DNA from: Eledone cirrhosa
Lineage: Eukaryota
Reading direction: 5' to 3'
Assembly: GCA_964016885.1 (NCBI GenBank)
Contig: OZ024743.1
Span: 237,832,001-237,896,000, forward strand
Length of the DNA stretch: 64,000 nt
This document shows positions 26,410 to 64,000 of this stretch, piece by piece. Both the position numbers and the translations under genes were made by a program. A model generated the notes under the pieces. The model worked only from the letters and a program-made list of their open reading frames with translations, searched no databases and was not told the DNA's origin. Position 1 is the first letter of the stretch. Each line of letters opens with the position of its first letter.

Positions 26410-28070
26410 AATATATTTATAGTATATAACCTGATCCATCAGTTTTATGCCCCTATAATTGCTCCTCTCCAGAGCATCTCCTTTACCTTTGCAGCAATTT
26501 ATGAGAATACTGCTTCACCAGTCTTTGGATATGACACCGCCATATATAGCTTGATTGATGATGCGTGCAACCAGTTTAGTGCCTACATCCTCTGATGCCT
26601 TCAGCATCTCAGCAACTATCCCCGACGGTCCAGCGGCTTTACCCTTTTTCATTTCCTTAATTGCCTCTTGGACCCTATATTCATCAATCTCAATAGCTGG
26701 TCCTTCTGTCGGATCCACTGGGGCTAATTTCTCTCTCTCCCATTCGTTCTCCACATTCATCAGTCTCTCATAATGACATTTCCAGGCCTTCTGTTTCTGA
26801 TCATTCGTGACACTAAGTATACCGGCATCATTCCGGACACATTTATCTCCAACAACATCCTGATTTGCATTGACACACTGCCTTGCAATGTGAAACACCG
26901 CACGCCTCTGATCTTCCCGTCGCAGAACATTGGCAAACCTCCTGCTCTCAGCCACCTTGCGTGCTAAGTACAGCTGACGTCTAGCTTCTCTCTTAGCGGC
27001 GGTGTATCCTTCTCTACTCCCACCATTTTTCCAAGTGTTCCATGTTAGTCTTTTGTCTCTAACGACCCTATCTCGCGTGCTGTTCCACCACCAGTTCACT
27101 CTCTGTCTGGTTGGAGCTCTGCTCCAGCCACAAGTTTCTTCAGTAGCCTGCAGTAAGTTGTCACGCAAGAAAATCCAGTTAGTATCTATTTCATACGACT
27201 CTAAATCGTCTTCTTTTTCGTCATACACATCTTGAAGGGCTTTCCTAAATTTATATTTTAGTGAAAGGTCTTTTAGCTTCCAGACTTTTCTTTCCCACAC
27301 CTTTCTGTATGTCTCACTCCATCTCTTGCTTACTGAGATATCACTAACGACTAACCTATGCTGTGGGGTACATTCTTCCCCAGGGTATGACTTGGTATTT
27401 GACACCATCTGCCTTTCCCGCTGCCTAACTAGTAAGAAGTCAATGTGGCTTATGTGCTTATCTGATTGTAGGTTTGGTGGTTGGCAGGTTTCTGGAAGTT
27501 AGTGTTGCAAATAGTCAGTGTACTTGCATCACAAAATTCAAGAAGTCTCACTCCTTCATTTCTTGAGCCGTAACCGTAGCCCACCATGTACCCCAGTGGT
27601 GTATCCATCCTGGAGCTGTCTAACATGTCCATTGAAGTCCCCTGCTAGCATAACGATGTCTCCTTCCTCCGTCATTGCGGCTGTTTGTAAAAGTTGCTCG
27701 TAAAAGCAGTCTTTCTCTTCTTTACCTAGGCCTGCTTGGGGAGCATAGGCAGAGATGATTGTGAGTAGTCTCCTGCCTACAACTAATCTAAGCTTAATTA
27801 TTTTATTACTAACTCTAAATACCCCTATTGTCTTATAGACCCATCTCTCAGCCAGTAAAATGCCTACTCCACCTAACCCATCAACATTACCCACCCACAA
27901 AAAGCTTATAACTAAGATGTTTGCCTGCGATTAGTCTTCCAGAGGCAGCTCTCCATCTCACATCTTGCACGCAGCACACATCCACATGCCTTCTCTCCGC
28001 TATTTCACCATATCTACCTGTGAGAGTGCCAACATTAAGTGTGGCAACTTTGAGATGCGACGTCTTCATA
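26410..28070 (-). mobile_element. RTE-clade LINE, AP endonuclease and linker portion, decayed
   Basis: VATLNVGTL, GVGILL, ISAYAPQ, AGDFNGHV, QHRLVV, KGKAAGPSGIVAEMLK. Confidence 0.92.
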
Positions 28071-28204
28071 TTTTTGTTCTATGTAATTACAGAATATATC
28101 ACATGACATGCATACAAGCATGGTAATAGAAAATTTCTATTCTATCTTCAGCAGAAACTTCCAGATTCAGGGAAATGGAGAAAAGAGATATATATATAGA
28201 TATA

Positions 28205-28254
<50 letters not shown>

Positions 28255-28257
<3 letters not shown>

Positions 28258-28620
28258 CATCATCATCAGCATCGTCATCGTTTTACGTCCGTTCTTCCAC
28301 GCTAGCATGGGTTAGACGTGTTGCCCTGTTGTGGGCAGTGTCCAGTCGGCTGACCTTGTCTTGCTCATACAGGAACTGATTCTGGCTTGATTTCTACAGC
28401 TGGATGCCCTTCCTAACACCAACCCCATTTAGAGTAAGTGCTGGGTGCATGTATATATATATATAATATATATATATTATATAATATATATATCATCATC
28501 ATCTTCAGACGCATCTCTGGCAGGATTTCTTTTACAGCTGGATGCCCTTCCTAACACCAACCACATTTACAGTGTGGACTGAGAGCCTTTTCACCGTGTC
28601 TCCTACACGGCTACCTTACA
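28255..28620 (-). repeat. RTE-tail/SINE repeats ending in (GAT)n
   Basis: AGGAAGGGCATCCAGCTGTA..CCCATGCTAGC motif as at 62050-62205. Other copies near 33570-33778, 42300-42810, 46390-46580, 58510-58760. Confidence 0.8.
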
Positions 28621-28722
28621 ATAAGATTAGTACTAAACAGGACAACTGTATCTATTATTTCTGCTTATGCACCCCATATAATATATATATTATATATATA
28701 TCATATAATATATATATATATA

Positions 28723-28755
<33 letters not shown>

Positions 28756-28778
28756 CATATAATATATATATATATATC

Positions 28779-28838
<60 letters not shown>

Positions 28839-28843
<5 letters not shown>

Positions 28844-30415
28844 CGGAATACTCCTGCATTGAAACCGGCGAAGATTCGAAACCGAATCTGAGCTTTCCCG
28901 CCTCTGGGACAAGCCGTGGTTGGTTGTTTACGCCCGGCAGACCAACCCCTTGGGAGATGCTAACCACAGGTCAGATGACGGTTGTTTACGCCCGGCAGAC
29001 CAACCCCTTGGGAGATGCTAACCACAGGTCAGATGATATATCCATCCTTCTAACTTCAACGAAGTTATAAATACAAAGATTTGTTTATACCGAGCAGAAA
29101 AAGTGGTACTACAGATAAGAGAGGAGGTATTCACTTACGCTGTCAAACTCCCTTCACGAAAAACAAATCTGTCCACTAATTTCTCACATGCCATTCTCGC
29201 CTGGCTAATTGAATACTACTACTGCTAAGACAAGAAAGTACATTAATACGCACACACGCACACATAGTAAGTTCACACTGCTTGCATTTTTACACGCACC
29301 ATTTCTCTCTGTCATATTCTATCTTTCAGATACAATACAAAATATATTATATCGTATTCTGTGATACTTTTATTTACGTGAATCGAAGAGCCACCAACTT
29401 ATTGTACGAATATTTCATGTTATAGATTTTATCATTCAATATTCAAATTGAATATTGCGATAATAAAATAAACATTGTAACAACACAATCCTGGTATTAT
29501 TCATTGCATTGAAACCATCATACCAACAAATCCATCTATCCGTTACAACTGGTGACCCCGTGAAACAGACACACAACCTTCTGATTATTCACTACAAACG
29601 ATGTCCCTAACACACGACGATTCATCTACGGCAGAAATGGCAGTCCGGGCGGCGTTTACATTAAGGATACCACCATTCTGGGTGCACGATCCAACACTGT
29701 GGTTCGCGCACATCGAAGCGCAGTTCGCATCGAACCGGATCGTTAGCGAGACATCTCGTGTAACACATGTCATTGGTTCGATGTCTCCGGAGATTATGAA
29801 TGAGGTTCGAAACCTCATTTTAGCAGCACCCGGCTCTGTGTCATATGACACATTTAAAACGACGTTGATGGTTGCCCGCTTTGTGTGGCCCAACATGAAC
29901 AAGGACACCCGCGAGTGGGCTAGGAACTGTATGGCATGCCAGAAAGCGAAAATTCACCGGCACATCAAAGCCCCGATCGGGTCTTTCGCAACACCTGATT
30001 TACGGTTCCAACATGTGAACCTAGACATCGTTGGACCTTTGCCTCTTCACAACTACACTCAGCTTCTCATCTGTGTCGACCGGTTTTCTCGTTGGCCAGA
30101 AGCTTTTCCCCTGACGGATATTACCGCGGAAACTGTCACCAAAACGCTAGTGTTTCACTGGGTTTCGCGTTTCGGCACACCTGCGACCATCACTACGAAT
30201 AGAGGACGTCAGTTCGATTCGCACCTCTTTACCGAGCTGACTCGTCTCCTCGGGTGTAAACACAATCGTACCACGGCGTATCACCCTGCAGCTAACGGCA
30301 TGGTTGAACCGTTTCCACCGTCAGCTAAAAGCAGCCATCAAGGCTTACGCAGACTCCACTAACTGGTTTGAATACCTCCCACTCATTCTTCTTGGTATTC
30401 GTTCCACTGTTAAGG
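28839..30415 (+). mobile_element. Second Ty3/Gypsy element: 5' LTR + PBS + fused gag/integrase remnant, 3'-truncated
   Basis: LTR T(A)TAACGG...CCGTTACA (28839-29547) with a 58-bp tandem duplication (28922-29036); PBS TGGTGACCCCG 29550-29560; ORF 29601-30362. Confidence 0.88.
29601..30362 (+). pseudogene. In-frame Gag N-terminus/integrase fusion ORF
   Basis: [19 protein letters not shown] (gag) joins at about 29868 to [25 protein letters not shown] (integrase). Second catalytic D reads N (TNRG); frameshift at NGMVE. Confidence 0.85.
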
Positions 30416-30719
30416 GCCGTACATATTGTAAAGGATTTAGTCTGAAACCTTAATGCTCCTATTTATCCATTTATCTTCGTGAAAGTCCCCAAGGACTAGC
30501 TGATTTTGGTGTTTCTATTTGGTTGCTTGGTCTGTATTATATAGTTGTCGAAGGATATAAAATTCTCTATTCCACAGCTTTTATGTATATCATGTAATAT
30601 TATATTCTGTATCTATAAATATATCATAAAATATATAGTAACAAGAGTTAATTGCTGTTTTTTCTCGCTAAAGTATTCTACTAGGTGAAAAGATTTAAAA
30701 AAAAAACTGTGTATTAAAC

Positions 30720-59123
<28,404 letters not shown>

Positions 59124-59265
59124 TGTATGTAAATGAAATGTTATCATAAAAAAAAGAGCAATATTCTCTTGAATATATTAAAAAATCCCAGTTTTTTCTA
59201 AATTCATAAATACTTATATTTTATCTCCATTTAAAAACCAGTGTCTGTGTGTCTGCCCTCTAGGA

Positions 59266-59271
59266 AATAAA
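59266..59271 (+). terminator. Candidate polyadenylation signal AATAAA
   Basis: First AATAAA about 140 nt after the stop codon; the AT-rich context makes this weak. Confidence 0.4.
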
Positions 59272-59549
59272 TACTGGTAAACAAAATTAAATGAAATTCA
59301 CATTCAAATATGTTAGTGCGAGTTCATACTCATACATTATATATGTTACAAGCATTGTGCAAAGCTTATATATTGTGCAGAATACATAATGCCTGGAAAT
59401 TCCCTCTTTGCTGGTAACATATATATTAGCGGAAATTTTCCTGGAAGGCAGGTGCTGTTCCTACTTGTAATAAATAAGTTTTGAAAGTAAAATTAAATGA
59501 GCTCATTTTAATATTTGTATTTGAAATATCTTATAAACAATTTCACTGC

Positions 59550-62208
59550 CATTCTAAGCAAACTAGACAAACTTGGAAACAGAAGGCAACCTGGAGGAGA
59601 AAGATCTGGAAGCTGAAAGACCCCTCAGGCATTACAGATTTAAAGATATTTTACTCGACGCCTATTATAGTAAAGAAGAACAGATATAGACATTCAATGT
59701 AGAATAGCACTGGGAGTTCCTAAAAAATAGCTTACTAAAGGCGATGGAAGATCTGTGGTTGGGCCACAGGCAGGAGGAGAGTGATTTGGTGGTGGAACAA
59801 TAAGGTAGATGAGGAAGTTAAGGCAAAGAGACAGGCATGAAAAGAATGGAAGAACGGGGGATGCAGGGTACATTACATAGAGACCAAGAGGGAATCTATG
59901 CGACAAGTATACTTAGCTAGAAGGAAAGCGGAGAATAGAAAATTCAAGCATGTTTTGCAACGTGAGGACCAGAATCAGGTGTTCAAGATTGCGAAGCATT
60001 GTGTCAGAGAGAATTGTGATGTCATTGGAGAGAAGTGTATCCAGAATGATAAAGGTGAGCTTGCCCTCACAAGTGCTGAGAAGAAAGATGGGTGAAAGGG
60101 CCATTATGAAAGATTACTAAATGAGGAGAATGCATTGGAAAAAGAGACCCTACTCCACATAGACCCTATAGAGGGGCCAGCAGTACAAGTCAGCAGCAAC
60201 GTAGTAAGTAAGGCAATCAAAGAGGTAGTAAGTAAGGCAGTGTAGTAAGTAAGGAAATTAAGGATATGAAGACTGGGAAAGCAACTGGTCCATCGAGTTT
60301 AGCTGCCGAGATGCTGAAAGCATCTAGGTCGGTAGGTCACACCATAACCATACATATTGTTAACCAAGTAATACTAGAGAGCGTCATTACAAATGATTGG
60401 CACAGCAGCAACATTGTCAACTGCTACAAGGGTAAAGGTGATGCACTAGATAGAGGAAACTATAGAGGTATAAAGCTGATGGATCAGGTCATGAAAGTAA
60501 CGGAAAGAGTTATAGCACAGTTGATTAGCGACCGGGTGAAACTAGATGAGATGCAATTTGGGTTTGTGCCAGGAAAAGGCACCACCGATGCCCTCTTCCT
60601 TGTGAGACAGTTACAGGAAAAGTACCTAGATAAAAGTAAGCCTCTCTACCTGGCATTCGTCGATCTGGAGAAAGCCTTTGACAGAGTCCCCAGTGCTATA
60701 AATCTGGTGGGCTGTTAGAAAATTAGGTGTAGTTGAATGGCCCTGTGAAAGCTGTACAAGCCACGTATAGGGGAGCAGTCAGCAAAGCTAGGGTTAACAA
60801 TGATTATAGCGAGGAATTTAGTATACAGGTCAGTGTCCACGAGGGCTCTGTTCTTAACCCTCTCCTGTTCATAGTTTTGCAGGCAATAATGGAGGAGTTT
60901 AAGACCAAATGCCCATGGATACTCCTGTATGTGGATGACCCCGCACTTATAGCTGAATCTATGGTAGAACTAGAGAAAAAATTCCAAACATGGAAGCAGG
61001 GACTAGAAAGAAAGGGTCTCAAAGTCAACCTGACGAAGACTAAGGTCCTCGTAAGTAGACGAGAAAACAGAACCCAGATTCCCTCAGGGAAATGGCTTTG
61101 CTCAGTATGTAGGAAAGGTGTAGGTAGGAACTCCATCCACTGCCCCAAATGCAAACAATGGGTACATAAGAGATGTAGCGGGATCTCAGGAAGCTTAACT
61201 TAGAATGTAGGCTTCGCATGTAGCTGCTGCACTGGGACAGCAAGCAGGAAACGGCCACAGGAAACAAGTACCACAAACTCTGGGAGGGTTCTGTAGAAAC
61301 AGTAGACAGCTTTTGCTACCTAGGTGACCAAATTAGCAGCGGAGGTGGGTGTTCGGAAAGTACAATAACTAGAGTAAGATGGGGATGGAAGAAGTTCAGG
61401 GAGCTACTGCCACTGCTAGCTACATAAGGCTTTTCCCTCAAAATGAAAGGTAGACTGTATGATGCATGTATATGAACAGAAATGTTACATGGTAGTAAGA
61501 CCTGGGCGCTGTCTGTAGAAGACTTGCATAGATTAGAAAGAAACGAAGCTTGCATGCTCCGATGAATGTGTAATAGTAATATACGAGAACGGCAAAGCAT
61601 AAACGAATAGAGATAGAGACTGAGCATAAGATGAATCAAATGCTGTGTGCAGGAGAGGAGGTTGCGTTGGTATGGATATGTGATGCGTATGAAGGCAGAC
61701 AGCTGCATAAAAAGGTGCAGAGCACTAGAAGTCGATAGAAGCCGCGGAGTGGGGAGACCCAAGAAGACTTGGTATGAGGTGATAAAAGCCGACCTTTCCT
61801 AATTGCACCTCTCAAAAGTGATTACACATGACCGTGACCTCTAGCGTCACGCAGTAATACAGAAGACCCCCCCCCCACGGATACAAGCCGAAGCTAAAGC
61901 ATATAGACAATATACCCCCACACCCTCCCACTGCAAAGTGGTCGTGGAGGTGCCACGGCGAAAGAGCACCCAGCCCACACTGTAAAGTGGACGTGTAGGC
62001 AGCATGGAAAAAAAGCACCCAGCACTCACTGTAAATGAGGCTGGTGTTAGGAAGGGCATCCAGCTGTAGAAATTAAGCCAGAATCAGTTCCTGTATGAGC
62101 AAGACAAGAACAGCCAACCGGACACTGCGCACAACAGGATAACCCGTCTAATCCATGCTAGCATGGAAGAACAGACGTAAAAAGGTGATGATGATGATGA
62201 TGATGATA
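59550..62208 (+). mobile_element. RTE-clade LINE (linker, RT, PHD-like finger, 3' UTR, (GAT)n), decayed
   Basis: YRGIKL, QFGF, FVDLEKAFDRV, VHEGSVLNP, LYVDD, CSVC..CPKCKQWVHKRC, FCYLGD; many stops. Confidence 0.93.
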
Positions 62209-62502
62209 TATATGAAGATAGTCTGCTCATTCCAAAGCTTGACCACTTCTTGCACTTTATGTATGTTCCTTCCTGACATGAGATCTCAAATAGCTTTTGA
62301 GTCCTGAAAGCCCACAAACCATACAATGATGTCTCATTTCATTCATGTTACCACTTAGGGTGTGCTTATTGTGTATGCTCAAATGTCGCTTCAATATATA
62401 TATATATATATATATATATCTTTCACCGTATTTTTCGACTAAAGAAATTTTAGTCTGATAATGGGGTTTAGAACCCTCAGATAAATGGAAAAAGCTGAGT
62501 AT

Positions 62503-62574
62503 TGACATACATGGGAGTCGAACCTACATCTTTGGTTTTCCAGACCACTGTGCTACCATTTACACCAACACATC
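62503..62574 (-). pseudogene. tRNA-like sequence (GGA in anticodon position, short variable loop); pseudo-tRNA or SINE head
   Basis: GATGTGT TG GTGT-AAATGGTA-GCAC A GTGGT-CTGGAAA-ACCAA AGAT GTAGG-TTCGACT-CCCAT GTATGTC A; A and B boxes present; many G.U pairs and mismatches. Confidence 0.65.
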
Positions 62575-62810
62575 ACACATCTCCTTCTATTCAAATTAGA
62601 AGCTACATTCTTAGCGAGTATAATTGACAAGTAAGTATGTTTCGAAACAGTGGTGGGTTCGACTCCCATGTAGGTCAATACTCATCTTTTTCCATTTATC
62701 TGAGGGTTCTAAACCCCATTATCAGACTAAAATTTCTTTAGTCGAAAAATGCGGTGAAAGGTATTCTATTTTCTAATTTCAAACCTGCTCACTGTTTCAA
62801 AACATATTTA

Positions 62811-62882
<72 letters not shown>

Positions 62883-62902
62883 TAAATATGTTTTGAAACA
62901 GT

Positions 62903-64000
62903 TTATCCAGTTCGACATAGAGAGCTACTATGCTTCTATCACCTTACCGCTACTTACTGCCGCCTTGGACTTCGCCGAAGCACTCGTGCCCATCACCGAC
63001 CAGGAAAGAAAAATCATCCTCCACGCCAGGAAGACAGTCTTACTCTTTGACAACTCCAAATGGATAAAAAGAGCTCCCGACTCACCCTTCGACGTCAGCA
63101 TGGGCGCTACGGATTCGGCGGAGGTCACAGATCTTATAGAATTATTCCTTATAACCAAACTCACCGATATGTTTCCTGCTTTCGGTGGTGGATTGTACCG
63201 TGATGATGGGCTCCTTACCCTTAAAGGGTACAACCCCAGTAGTACAGATCGGGTCCGTAAACAATTAATCAGCTTCTTCCGCGACTGGGGATTTAAAATA
63301 ACCCTACAAACGTCCCTGACCCGAGTTAATTTCCTGGACGTTACCCTCGATCTCAATAATGACTTGTACTACCCATACAGGAAACCCAATGACAACCTGC
63401 ACTACATCCACCGCCGATCTAACCATCCTAGGAACATCACCAACAACCTGGTCAAAAACATCTCCCTCCGCATATCCCGTTTGTCAGCCAATGAGAAGAT
63501 ATTCGATGAACATGCACCTTACTACAACCAGGCCCTCAAGCGGAGTGGCTTCCGGGAGGAAATATCCTACTGTCCAGCTCCCATTAGCGGAACCAGCAGG
63601 CGACACCGCCGCTCACGCAATATAACATGGTTCAATCCTCCCCACAACGCCGAGGTGACAACTCCCATCGGGAAAATTTTCTTCAGGCTCATTGAAAAAC
63701 ACTTCCCACCACAACAGCGCTACCACAACATAATTAACAAAAATACCATCAAACTCTCTTACAGCACTACACCTAACTTCGCACAAAACATCGTCTCCTT
63801 CAACAACAAAAAACTCAACCCCGATGGAAGAAACAACCTAAATAGCAGTGGAGAGCCGACCAGGAGGTGCAACTGTCATGATTGATCCAGTTGCCCCCTC
63901 GACAACAGATGCAGAGACCGTAATGTGATCTACCAGTGCAACGTGAGCACGGGCACCTCCAACAAAGCTTATATAGGATTAACCGCATGTGACTTCAAGA
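62903..64000 (+). mobile_element. Naiad-like PLE (family B), RT to Zn-finger/GIY-YIG, runs off the window
   Basis: QFDIESYYASI, DVSMGATDSAEVTDL, GLYRDD, NFLDVTLDL, WFNPP, CNC; one TGA at 63883, then CPL..C..VIYQC..YIGLT in the same frame. Confidence 0.94.

Noticed and set aside
28922-29036. Direct repeats as a CRISPR-like array
   Set aside because: Two adjacent 58-bp units with no spacer, inside an LTR in eukaryotic DNA.
62503-62574. Functional tRNA-Ser(GGA)
   Set aside because: Four G.U pairs in the acceptor stem, mismatches in the anticodon and T stems, and no long variable arm.
63883-63885. In-frame TGA in the Naiad-like ORF as possible selenocysteine (Sec-encoding Naiads have been reported); similar TGA at 22364
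   Set aside because: Both TGAs align with Arg, not Cys, in sister copies (CNCPDRSTCPL; C-R-DRNV), and they sit at different positions in different copies. They are ordinary nonsense mutations; no SECIS was identified.

Overview
AT-rich, repeat-dense animal genomic DNA. The SINE/RTE/Penelope repertoire and long (TA)n/(CA)n tracts suggest an octopus or other coleoid cephalopod; this is inference. There is one host gene: a 9-coding-exon SLC22-family (MFS organic ion) transporter on the + strand, ATG 30720 to TAA 59123, about 550 aa, with all splice phases checked by hand. Everything else recognisable is mobile DNA. This comprises a full-length but decayed Ty3/Gypsy element (6659-11899, 450-bp LTRs, GGTT TSD), a second internally deleted Gypsy just upstream of the gene, several Helitrons, RTE LINE fragments, a CRE-like endonuclease remnant, tRNA-derived SINEs, piggyBac- and mariner-type MITEs, and at least seven Penelope-like element (PLE) fragments, mostly Naiad-like. 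The most interesting signal is outside the ORF track: at least eight hammerhead-ribozyme (HHR) motifs. Five have the canonical CUGANGA core, each with a different (near-)palindromic stem III. Three belong to one PLE family and carry the compensatory U3:A8 core UUGANAA, one of them with a further G5C change. Four HHRs lie in sense orientation inside SLC22 introns. All structures were folded by eye; no searches or computations were run.
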